Shown here piece by piece: positions 33,721 through 44,450 of a stretch of 64,000 bases of DNA (position 1 is the first letter of the stretch; every line of letters starts with the position of its first letter). The notes under the pieces were generated by a model. It had not been told where the DNA came from. It was given only the letters and a program-made list of their open reading frames with translations, and did not search any database. Made by a program: the position numbers and the translations under genes. The DNA is taken from assembly GCA_963741205.1 (NCBI GenBank), contig CAVUHW010000020.1:96001-160000 (forward strand), in the 5' to 3' direction. Source of the DNA: Nitrospirota bacterium. GTDB taxonomy: Bacteria > Nitrospirota > UBA9217.

Positions 33721-34984
33721 TCATCCTCCCGGCACAATCACCGTAAACGTCGTCCCTTGTCCTACTTTACTCTCGACTTCTATCCTTCCCCCGTGGGAAG
33801 TAATGACTTTATGCGCCAGAGCCAGGCCCATGCCGACGCCTTTGTCCTTGGTCGTATAAAAAGGGAGAAATATCTTTTTAACAATATCCGGGGGAATGCC
33901 CGTCCCGGTATCCCTGATCACGACGAACAGGTCATGATTCCTTCTCCCGGCCTCCAGAAAAACGCTTCCTCCGTCGGGCATGGACTCGAGAGCGTTCTGG
34001 ATGAGGTTGGTAAATGCCTGTCTCATCAGCACTTCGTCGAGGGAGGCCTCGAAATCATCGATCTTTACCGTCGTCTCAATCGGCTTGTCCGACGTCGCCG
34101 CTTGCAGGGCGCTCGCCAGACAGCCTTCCAGCAGTTCTTTGACCTTCACCGCCCCGCGGTTCAGCGACGTAGGACGGGCAAAGGTCAGAAGGTCGCCGAT
34201 GATGCGGTTCATGCCGTTGATTTCGTCCGCAATTTTCCGCGCCACATCCTGGCCCGAAGAATCGGTCTTTTTGGCGAGCAGGCTGAGATATCCGGATATG
34301 ACCGCCATCGGGTTCCGCAGCTCATGGGCTATGCCGGCGGACATCTCGCCCAGAGCCGTGAGGCGTTCCCTGAGTTCCATCTGTTCCTGCAGCCGCTTCA
34401 CTTCCGTAAGGTCGGTAAACGAGAGGATGACGCCGATCGCCGCATCGTGCCGGTCGGTGAGAACGGCCGTGTTGTAGCCGAGCCACAGGCCGCCGCCGCT
34501 GCGCTCGAGCATTGCCTCCATGCGGGCCGACGGGATATGTCCTTCGAGCGTGTTGCGGACCGCACCGGCAGATCTCACCGTCGCCGAACAGGTCCTTACA
34601 GGTCTTGCCTACGACCTCGTCCTTGTTCATGCATAATGTTTCCTCGGCGGCGCGATTGATCGTCGTCAGCCTGAACCCCACGTCAAAGGTCATCACCCCG
34701 CTGGTGGCGCATTGAAGGATGTTCTCGTTGTAGCTCTCGACGTTTTCCGCCCGCTGTTCCGCGAGCGCCTTGAGCCGCTCGAGTTCTTTTTCCTTTTCTT
34801 TGAGCTCTTTGGTGACTTCGTGAAAGGCGTTGATGATGAATGATGCGTCCGTTGTTTTCTCACGCTCCTCTTTTGCCACGCCGAGTTCACGGCGGTAGCG
34901 CCGCGCGAAGCCCCAGAGCAGAAAGACCGCGATGACAACAGTCAGTAGCCCGGGCGCCAGTATGAGCAGGGTATGGCCGGTCAT
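33721..34984 (-). CDS. PAS sensor histidine kinase (frameshift near 34560)
   Basis: N-terminal TM, PAS, AHELRNP H-box, NLIQNA, DTGTG, GMGL. Confidence 0.92.
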
Positions 34985-35809
34985 AAGCGGATCAGGCCAA
35001 GATACCACGAGATGATATCGGACCCGTAGAACGCGGTCATCAATGGTGCCGGCGGCGAGAAAAGGTCCAAAGGGGATCACCTTCTCCATTTTGTGGCGTT
35101 TCACGGTGATGAGCAGAATGCCGACGAGGGACCCGGAGAGTGCGCCGAGCATGATCGTGAGGAGGGCGCCCTTCCATCCGAGGAAACTGCCGACCATGCC
35201 CATCAACTTGACGTCGCCGCCGCCCATGGCTTCGACGTGACGGAGCTTCTCCCATATCCATCCGATCGAGAGGAGCGGGGCGCCGCCGAGGAAGAGCCCG
35301 ATACAGGAATTGAGAAACCCCGTAAGGTACGGCCCTGCATGGGGCAAGAGACTCCCGAGATGAAACGGCAGCGGGTCGGAGAGGGGATGCATAAAAAACG
35401 GAGCAAGGGTCAACCCGAGAAGCATCCCCGGAAGGGTTATGACATCGGGGATGATCTGATGATCCAGGTCGATAAACGTGATTACGATGAGCGACGAGCA
35501 AAACGCCATCATGAGGAACGCTTCCCCCCCGGTCTGGAATTCACGCACGATCCAGACATACAGGAGGCCGTTCATGAGCTCGACGAGCGGATAGCGCCAC
35601 GAAATCGGTTCGCCGCAGCTCCGGCATTTGCCCCGAAGCAGGAGAAAGCTGATGATCGGGATATTGTCGTAAAATCGAATGGGGGCCCTGCAGCCCGGGC
35701 AGTGAGAGGGCGGCTTGACTATGGAGCGGCCGCGTGGCAGGCGCGCGATGCAGACGTTCAAAAAACTTCCGATGACAAGACCGAACGCAAAAGCAGCGGC
35801 GGTGATCAT
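34981..35809 (-). CDS. pilD: Prepilin peptidase / N-methyltransferase
   Basis: GSFLNV, SHCPGC, GKCRSC, FIDL, MGGGDVKL, IPFGPFL. The apparent fusion to the kinase is a frameshift near 35040. Confidence 0.95.
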
Positions 35810-36175
35810 GGGAGGGTGTCCTCCGTCTGCTTAGCCGCGGTCTTGAAATCGGCGCGGATGTTTTTCAATTCCGCCATCAGTCCCTCGAGCTCTTCCTCCC
35901 GGTCCGCGAGGTCGGTCAGAGCAAAGCCGATGACCTCATCCTTCAGCAGTTGTTCCGTGGCTTTCGGCAGCTGCATCCTGTTTTTTGAGGTCCATGACTT
36001 TCCGGCCGATCTGGCGATGCAGTTCGTCGATTCCGGCCTGCACCTCGTCGATCCTGATTCGCAGCCGGACAATGGCGAGTTCCGCCTTTGCCCATTCAGA
36101 AAAAATGGCGGCCGCGACAGCGAGCTTCCTGGTCCCCTTTTCCATGTTCAGGACGGCTTTTTCCCAGATGGTCAT
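35806..36175 (-). CDS. Small coiled-coil hypothetical protein (frameshifted)
   Basis: Two ORF pieces in the operon, overlapping the pilD start. Confidence 0.55.
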
Positions 36176-36200
36176 GAATAATCATCCTCATTCGTGAGCT

Positions 36201-36264
36201 GTCTTCCCCGCGGGAGCGGGAATCCCTTGAGGGAAAATGGATTCGGGGCTAAGCCCGGCATGAC
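36201..36264. repeat. Family A REP-like element
   Basis: gtcttccccgcgggagcgggaatcc...ggattcggggctaagcccggcatgac. Confidence 0.7.
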
Positions 36265-36327
36265 ATCAATCGGCGCAACTCTGCGGTTTCAAACTCGCCC
36301 CTACTCTATCAGAATACCTGAAAAATA

Positions 36328-38845
36328 TCAACCGACGCTGATCAGCCCCAGCCTGCCCTCCCACTTCCTGCGCAGCAGTTCTCGAAGCTGCGGATGAAGG
36401 GCGAGTTGGGGGTCCCGTTCCAGGAGCTCGAAGGCCTCCTCCCGGGCCTGTTCGAGCAGTTCCGCGTCGCGGATGATATTTGCCGCGCGAAGGTCCGGCA
36501 GGCCGGACTGGCGTGTGCCGAAAAACTCGCCGGGACCGCGCAGGCGCAGGTCCTCTTCGGCGATCTTGAACCCATCGGTGGTGCGGGCGAAGGCGGAGAG
36601 CCGTTCCCTGGCCTCCTCCGCGAACATCCGGGGTCCCATGAGGATGCAGTACGATTGATGGCTTCCCCTGCCCACCCGGCCGCGCAGCTGGTGGAGCTGG
36701 GCGAGCCCAAAACGCTCCGGATGCTCGATGACCATGACCGTTGCGTTCGGTACATCGACACCGACTTCGATCACCGTGGTTGAAACCAGAAGGTGCGTCG
36801 CGCCCGCTTTAAAGGCGGCCATGACCGCCTCTTTCTCGTCGGCCTTCATCCTGCCGTGTAAGAGCCCGATCTTCCAGTCCGGGAAGATGTCCCTTTGCAG
36901 ATGAGATGCCATTTCGGTCGCAGCCTTCAGATCGCTCTTCTCCGTCTCTTCCACGAGGGGATAGACCACGAAGACCTGGCGTCCCTTCTTGAGCTCGCTC
37001 TCGAGGAACTGGTACGCTTCCCCTCGCTTGCTCTCGAAAAAGAGCCGGGTGATAACCGGCGTGCGGCCCTTCGGCATTTCGTCGATCACCGAGACATCGA
37101 GGTCGCCGTAAACCGTAAGGGCAAGGGTGCGGGGAATGGGCGTCGCGGTCATTACCAGCACATCGGGTTCATAGCCTTTGGAGGTAAGGGTGGAGCGCTG
37201 CATGACGCCGAAGCGATGCTGTTCGTCGATCACGGCGAGGCCGAGCCGTTTGAATTTCACCTGTTCTTCGATGAGCGCATGGGTGCCGACCACGAGCAGA
37301 AGCGTCGCCGGACGCGATCTCGGCGACCACGGCCTCCTTGTCCTTTTTTTTGCGGCCGCCGGTGAGAGACCGCACGGCGACGCCCAGCGGCTGGGCCATG
37401 CTGCCCATGTTTTTATAATGCTGCTCGGCGAGGATCTCCGTCGGCGCCATAACGCAGACCTGATAACCGTTTTCGACGGCCAGGAGTGCAGCGAAGAGGG
37501 CGACGACGGTCTTGCCGCTTCCCACGTCCCCCTGGACCAGCCGGTTCATCGGCCTCTCCCTGGTCATGTCTCGCTTGATTTCGGCAATTACGCGTTCCTG
37601 TGCGGCGGTCAATTGGTAGGGCAGGTTTTTTCTCAACTCCGAATCGAGCCTGTTCATCGGCTTGAACCGTATCCCCTTCTTTTCCGTTGACAGTCCCCTC
37701 TTTCTGAGCGCGAGCCCCAGTTCCAGCACGAAGAGCTCTTCAAAGCTTAAGCGCCGGTGCGCAGCGCTCGTTCCGCGGTTCAATATTGCAAGGTCTTTTT
37801 CCTTCGTAGGGAAATGGGCTTCGAAAAAAGCTTCCGGAAGGGGCATGAGGGAATATTTTTTCACGATAGGGCCGGGCAGCATATCCTGCGCAGCGGCCCC
37901 GAACGTATCGAGGACGGTCTTGATCATGCTGCGAAGGTAACGCACGGAAAGTCCCGCCGTGGTTCGGTAAATCGGGACGGTCCTTCCGGTGTGGATCAGG
38001 TTGTCCGCCTCGTTGTCCTCCATGATCTCGTAGTCGGGGTTGTCGATCTGCGGCAATCCCCCCTTGTAGGGATTGGCCTTTACGATCCCCGATAGGATGA
38101 CCTTCTGGCCGGGCTTGAACATCTTCTTCATGAAGGGCTGGTTGAACCAGGAGCCCACCAGCATGCCGCTCCTGTCCGTGATGAGAAGCTCGAAGATTTT
38201 CACCCGCTGCCGTTTCGTCTGGACGACCTCGGCGGACACGACCTCTCCGGAGACCGTCTCGTAGGAGCCGTAAGCAAGTCTGCCGATCTTCTTCAGGTTT
38301 CCCCGGTCTTCGTAGCGCCAGGGAAGATAGGTGAGCGCATCTTCAACGGTGGAGATGCCGAGCTTCCCGAACAGTTCCGCGCGCTTCGGTCCGACGCCCT
38401 TGCAGTATTGGATGGGAGTATCGAGGTGAAGAAAGCCCCTGTCACTCTCCCCTTGCTCCCCTCCTATCGAGGGACGGGAAACGTCTTGCACCCTCTCCCC
38501 TTGGGGGAGAGGGCTGGGGTGAGGGGGATTTCCCGGCGATGAAGTCAATTCGCTGTGGTCGGCCGAAGGGATTAGAGCATATTCCAGCGCGTCAATCACT
38601 GCCGACGCCTTGAGGATGCGGTCTTTTTTCTTTTCCGGTGTGAGGCTGTCGAACCCGGAGAACAGCTCCTCAATTTCCGAAACCTCGGGACGCTCTTTCG
38701 CGACGCGCTTGAGTTCCTCCGCCTGCACCTGCATGAACGGTTCAAGGGCAGCAAGGCTCTTCAGGTGCGCAAAGTTGTCCCGGCTTGCAAAAGCCAGCGG
38801 TTTTTTCATCCTGTCGAGGATGATTTTGAGCTCGTCCATTGACAT
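36328..38845 (-). CDS. recG: ATP-dependent DNA helicase RecG with N-terminal extension (frameshift near 37300)
   Basis: [47 protein letters not shown]. Confidence 0.97.
38440..38530. repeat. Family C hairpin element inserted in frame in recG
   Basis: ccctctccccttgggggagagggctggggtgagggg, translated as [13 protein letters not shown], plus a degenerate second arm. Confidence 0.8.
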
Positions 38846-38966
38846 CGCCACGGACAATATTAGATTATTTTGAGGGATTTGTCGAGGGAAAGAAGGTCGT
38901 ATCTCCCGCTCACCTTCTCCCCTCGGGAAGAAGATAGAGAGCCCGTCACCGAATACTTTTATCGTA

Positions 38967-39810
38967 TTGGAAGCACTTTGGCAGTCATACAAGTCATGGT
39001 TCGCTCTCCGTAAGAAAGGCGACCTGAACGCCAAACCGCCAGGGTTCAGACGAAAAACGGATCTATCGGCGGTCACCTTCAAGCAAAACGCCGTTAAATG
39101 GAACCCGCGGACTAAAACAGCACGTTTCAGCATCCCGAAGGACGTTTACGACAAGCAGTTTCTGTATCTCAAAATCCTGCTGCCTGAAGGCATCCGGCTC
39201 ACCGAAGATAACATCCAGATTGCCCGTCTAATCCATCACAATGGTAGTTGGACGGTCCATTTCGTATACAATATCACGCTCCCCGCACTGAAAGGAGCCG
39301 GGGAGACAATGGCCATTGACCTTGGCATGAAGCATCTTGCCGCGTCAGCCTGCACAGACAAGACCACAGCGCTTTGGTCAGGCGGCGTAATGGCGTCTCT
39401 TGAGAGGCATTTTGACAAACAGAAGTCAAAGACCGCCAGAGTAGGTCAAGAAAGACGGGCTCTGAACAGAAAGCGCTCCGTCAGCGCACACCTGCCACAG
39501 ACAAACCGTCGCGAGCAGACGCTCGCGGGTCCACGACACGTGGGGGACAAGGAATAGAGAGGAAAAACGGGGAGAAGCGGGAAAGAAGCACAAAGGCGTT
39601 GAAGAGAACAAGATGTCACGAAAGGAGAGGGGGGGAAGAGAGGAGGCAAGAGAGAGAGGCGAGAGGGCGAGCACAGGCGGACCGAGGGCCGTTGCAAGCA
39701 GTGCGGATCCGTGATCAAGCGGTGCGGCGCGACGACTCAAAGGTCCCGGGCGGCCGGGGGGCGCGGCCGCCGCGCGTGGGGGGGGTGATGGAGGGAGCGT
39801 AGGATTGACA
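38967..39810 (+). mobile_element. tnpB: IS200/IS605-type tnpB remnant (5'-truncated, 3' half garbled)
   Basis: QSYKSWFALRK..AKPPGFRRK, RuvC-I AIDLGM; residual CKQCG near 39690; right-end-like GAGCGTAGGATTGAC near 39795-39809. Confidence 0.75.
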
Positions 39811-39815
39811 GGTAG

Positions 39816-41069
39816 CTACTTGTTTTTCACCGCTGGTCCTGAACCAGTCGTAGCGGCAAGATAGTTTGCGGTAAAAATGTAATCGTCCAGATAGTCCCGT
39901 TTCCCATCCTTATTCAGGTCGAATTTCGGGGCCGTGGCAGTGCCGCGCTCCTTGAGGAAGAGGATAAAATCAGCTTCAGTCACGGTCCCTGACTTACCGA
40001 GGTCGATATCCACCTTCGGCGCGACCGTGAGCGGATATACGATAACGATATCGGCCTGCGGTATCGTGATGCTGGCGGCATACGCGCCTTTCTCCGGCAT
40101 GAGTTCTGCGACCCAGGTGTTGGTATAATCAGGATCGCTCTTCAGGTTGAGGAGCCGCGCGCCCATGATGGCCATATCGGACGAAGACTTGCTCCCGGGC
40201 GTGGTTATGAATATCGCCTTGACGGGGTTTGTGCCTGTTGAAAGAACAACCGGAGGCTCCTGCCGGATGCCGATCACGCCATCCTGATCAAAGAGCGAAA
40301 TAAGGGCCTTGACGGTCTTCTCTCCCTTATACTCGCGGAAACGTTCGAGGACGCTCTTGGGGGCGTAGACCTTCTTCTGCCGCGTCATGGCGCCTTGCTC
40401 CGAAGTGCCCTCGAACTTCTTCGCCACATCAGTCGGTTCTTTTCGCTGTTCGCGATCTCCTTCTGGTGATGCGGTCTGCTGTGGATTTTCAGAACCCACA
40501 GAAGTGTTCGGTGTCGCGGCGCCTTCAACCGCTCCTCCGGGTGGTGGGATTATGAGCGGGACCACGACGGGGGAGGTCGGCGATTGAGGGGCGCCTGCCT
40601 GAGCGCCCGAGCTCTGGAGGGCGCCGGAAGTATCCCCTGCCGTTTCAGGCGGATTCGTGACCTGGCCCGTAGCGGGTAGCGGTTTCCCGTCAACGTTTGA
40701 AACGCGGACATTTAGAGAATTGATCTTTCCCGCGCCGCTCCCTCTCCGGTCAAAGGATATGGTGGCAATGACGCCGGACCCCTGAATCGGCGTGATGCGG
40801 ATGATGGCCGCGCGCACAATTCCCGGCGTATTGGGGTTTACGGCCACCATCGCGCCGGAAACAAGGCTTCCCAGCACGACTCGGGGATTGGCAAGCGATG
40901 ATGTGTCATAGGCTATGGTGACGTCGATGGCACCCGCGCCTTCCAAATCGATGCCCTGAAGCAGAAACACGCCGTTTCCCGAAGGAGACAGCGCGAAGGT
41001 GGAGGCGAACGCCGGGAATGTGCAGGTCACCAGCAGAAAAAAGGAAACAATAATTATTCTCGTTTTCAT
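39816..41069 (-). CDS. Secreted cohesin-domain protein with C-terminal dockerin/EF-hand-like repeats
   Basis: Signal peptide; cohesin-like IDVTIAYD...GSGVIATISF; Pro/Ser/Thr linker; DLGKSGTVTEAD and DLNKDGKRDYLD. Confidence 0.7.
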   Translation of the reverse strand: MKTRIIIVSFFLLVTCTFPAFASTFALSPSGNGVFLLQGIDLEGAGAIDVTIAYDTSSLANPRVVLGSLVSGAMVAVNPNTPGIVRAAIIRITPIQGSGVIATISFDRRGSGAGKINSLNVRVSNVDGKPLPATGQVTNPPETAGDTSGALQSSGAQAGAPQSPTSPVVVPLIIPPPGGAVEGAATPNTSVGSENPQQTASPEGDREQRKEPTDVAKKFEGTSEQGAMTRQKKVYAPKSVLERFREYKGEKTVKALISLFDQDGVIGIRQEPPVVLSTGTNPVKAIFITTPGSKSSSDMAIMGARLLNLKSDPDYTNTWVAELMPEKGAYAASITIPQADIVIVYPLTVAPKVDIDLGKSGTVTEADFILFLKERGTATAPKFDLNKDGKRDYLDDYIFTANYLAATTGSGPAVKNK

Positions 41070-41224
41070 AATCCCTCTTACGGCGATTGATCCGAAGACT
41101 CGACGGGAACATGCCGATTTTTTAAAGTATAATCAGCGGGTCATAAAGAAAATTTACCTCAAAGAAGCCCGGAAAGCAAGGGAAGCTTGCCTCGTGGCAC
41201 ATAATCATGTCCCCCATCTTATTT

Positions 41225-42454
41225 TTACTCGTACCGCAGAGCATCGATGGGATTTAAGAGCGACGCCTTGTAGGCGGGATAGAAGCCGAAGAAGATGCCG
41301 ATGAAACCCGAAAAGCCGAATGCCAGGAGGACAGAAAGGAACGACACGACGGTGGGCCAGCCCGACATGGAGGAAAGAATCATGGCGGTGGACACGCCGA
41401 CAATGATGCCGATGACGCCCCCGATCAGAGACAGGGTAAGCGCCTCGATGATGAACTGGAGCCGGATGTCCCAGGTCTTTGCGCCTATGGCCATGCGGAT
41501 TCCGATCTCCCGGGTGCGCTCGGTCACGGATACGAGCATGATGTTCATGATCCCGATCCCGCCGACCAGAAGCGATACCGACGCGATGGCCCCGAGCAGG
41601 AGGGTCATGACCTTCGTGGACTGCTCCGCCGCCTGCATGATCTGGGTCAGGTTACGCACCGTAAAATCGTTGTCCTGTTTCTGGCCGATGTGGTGCCGCT
41701 GCCTGAGCAGCTCGTTGATCTGTCTCTCGGCTGCCGGCAAGGTCCTCGGCGCTCTTTGCCTTGACCATGATGATCCGGACCATGCCGGGAAACTGGGTCC
41801 CGAAGAGTTTCTTCTGCGCCGTGGTCACGGGGATGAGAATCGTATCGTCCTGGTCCTGGCCCTGTGCGGACTGCCCTTTTCTCGCGAGCACGCCGATCAC
41901 GGTAAAGGGAACGTTCTTGATCCTGATCGTCTGGCCGACGGGATTCTGATCGCCGAAAAGATTGTCCACCACGGTCTGGCCCAGAAGGGCCACTTTGGTT
42001 GCGCTCTTCACATCCTGCGTAGTAAAAGGCCGGCCGGAAGTCAGATCCCAGTCCCGAACGGCCATGACGCCCGGCGACGTACCGACGACGCCCGTTGACC
42101 AGTTCAGATGGCCGTACACGACCTGGGCCACGCCATTGTGGATCGGCGCTACGTCGGATACCGCGGGGCATTCCTTCTGGATCGCCTCCGCATCGCCCAT
42201 GGAGAGCGTGGGTTGCGTTCCCGCCCCCATTCTCGCGCCGCCGGAGGTCGTGGCCCCGGGCAGAATAATCAGGAGGTTGCTTCCCATGGTCGAGATCTGT
42301 TCGGCGATCTTTTGGCTGGCCCCGGTGCCCACGGCGACCATGGCGATCACGGCGCCGACGCCGATGATGATGCCGAGCATGGTAAGGGCCGAACGCATCT
42401 TGTTCACCCGCAGGGCGCGAAAGGAATCTTGAAAGTTGAAGGGATGTTGATCAT
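41225..42454 (-). CDS. macB: MacB-type ABC permease (frameshifted)
   Basis: RSALTMLGIIIGV, GGIGIMNIMLVSVTERTREIGIR, NPIDALRYE. Confidence 0.92.
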
Positions 42455-43143
42455 TTTTTCACCGCTTCGTCGCTCACGATATGTCCGTCCAGGAACCGTA
42501 TGATCCGCTTGCTGAACGCCGCGATATCGGGCTCATGCGTCACCAGAATAACCGTGATATGGGATTCCCGGTTCAGCCTCACAAAAAGCTCCATGATCTC
42601 GACGCTCGTCTTGGTATCGAGATTGCCCGTGGGCTCGTCGGCAAGGATGATCGGCGCATCGTTCACGAGCGCCCGCGCGATCGCGACCCGCTGCTGCTGC
42701 CCGCCGGAGAGCTGGTTCGGGTGGTGGCCTTCCCTGCCCTCGAGCCCCACGCTCTTGAGGGCCGCCCGGGCGCGATCGCGCCGTTCCCGCGCGCGAAAGC
42801 CCGTTGTAGAGCATGGGAAGCTCCACGTTTTCGAGGGCCGATGTCCGGGACAGGAGATTGAATCCCTGGAACACGAAGCCGAGCTTTTTGTTCCTGATCT
42901 CGGCAAGCTCGTCCCGGGAAAGCGCGTGCCCGTATCGACACCGTCGAGCAGATAGTTGCCCTCGGTCGGCGTATCGAGGCACCCGAGCACGTTCATGAAC
43001 GTCGATTTACCCGACCCCGACTGCCCCATGATGGCCACGAACTCCCCTTTCTCGATGGTCGTCGAAATCCCGTCAAGGGCCCGGACCTCGATGTCGCCGA
43101 GCTGATACACCTTACTGAGCTTCCGTGCTTCGATGAGCGCCAT
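42451..43143 (-). CDS. MacB-type ABC ATP-binding subunit
   Basis: [26 protein letters not shown]; internal compensating frameshifts. Confidence 0.92.
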   Translation of the reverse strand: MALIEARKLSKVYQLGDIEVRALDGISTTIEKGEFVAIMGQSGSGKSTFMNVLGCLDTPTEGNYLLDGVDTGTRFPGTSLPRSGTKSSASCSRDSISCPGHRPSKTWSFPCSTTGFRARERRDRARAALKSVGLEGREGHHPNQLSGGQQQRVAIARALVNDAPIILADEPTGNLDTKTSVEIMELFVRLNRESHITVILVTHEPDIAAFSKRIIRFLDGHIVSDEAVKK

Positions 43144-43144
43144 G

Positions 43145-44317
43145 CTAGAACATCCTCGGTCCCGACGGGGCCTGCTGCCTGCTGCCCTTCTTCAGCATCT
43201 CGACGATAAGCTGCTGGCCTTCCTTCAGGTCGCCGGACACGATCTCGGTATAGGCGCCGTCGCTGATGCCGGGGGTGATGTTGACCCGTTTCGGTTTTCC
43301 GTTCTCGAGCACCCAGACCGCGGGCCCTTTCTTTTCACCGGCGCTGGCTGCCGCGCCGGCGGGACGCTCGGAGAACCGGAACCGAAGCGCCGCATTCGTG
43401 ACCCTGAGACATCATTTCGCGTCATGATGATGATCGACACATTGGCGGTCATGCCGGGCATGAGTCTGAGGTCGCGGTTGTTCACCTGGATCACGACATC
43501 GTAGGTGACCACGTTCTGAACTGTGATGGGGGCCTGCCTGATCTGCCAGACCTTTCCCTTGAAAACGTGAATCAGGATAGGCATCCACGCTGAACTCCAC
43601 GTCCTGGCCGACCTTTACAACGCCGATGTCCGATTCGGCCACGTTCGTGTCGATCTGCATTTTCGTAAGGTCCTGGGCGATCGTAAACAGCGTAGGCGTC
43701 TGGAAACTCGCGGCAACCGTCTGGCCCACGTCCACGTTCCTTGAGATGACCACTCCGTCTACGGGAGAAACGATCTTCGTATAAGCGAGGTTCTGCTTCG
43801 CCAAATCAAGGGAGGCCTTTGCCTGTTCGATCTGCGCCTTGGCCAAATTCACCTGGGCCTTCGCGGACTCGTAATTCGTCTCGGCTGTATCCAAGTCGCT
43901 CCTCGGAACGAGGTTCTTGGAATACAGCTCTTTGTTCCGGTCGAAGGTCCTCTTCGCGTCCACGAGGGCGGTGTCGGACTTGTCCAGGTTGGCCTGCGCC
44001 GAGTGCAGGTTTGCCTCGGCCTGCTGCACCTGGGCCTCGAACGTGGAAGGATCGATCTGCGCGATGAGCTGCCCTTTCTTCACACGGGAGTTGAAATCGA
44101 CATACAGGGTCTTGATCGTACCCGATACCTGGGTGCCGACGAGCACAGTCGTTACCGCATTGACGGTCCCCGTCGCCGTCACGGCCGCCTGGATGTCGCC
44201 GCGCGTGACCGGTTCGGTCCGATAGGACGGCGTATCACCTTTGCATCCGGCAATGAGGACTGCGAGGATGGTTGCGATGATTACGCTTCGTTTAGTGGTC
44301 CCTGTACGTCTCGTCAT
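43145..44317 (-). CDS. macA: MacA-type membrane fusion protein (frameshifted)
   Basis: VGTQVSG, VDFNSRVKKGQ, SPVDGVV, GQTVAASFQTP. Confidence 0.9.
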
Positions 44318-44450
44318 AATAACGTCCTTTGTCTGCTTTTAATTTCACGAACCCGTGCAAGAAACACCGACGCCCCATGGCCAATACTGAATAAAAGCAA
44401 TAATTAAAATTCGACGCAGCTCGAAAAATCAATAACGACGCAACCATGAA

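Noticed and set aside
34322-35809. PilD-histidine kinase fusion (495-aa ORF)
   Set aside because: A frameshift near 35040 explains it. PilD ends normally at 34981 in another frame, overlapping the kinase ATG.
39599-39802. Arg/Gly/Glu-rich small ORFs
   Set aside because: They are products of garbled low-complexity consensus within the tnpB remnant.
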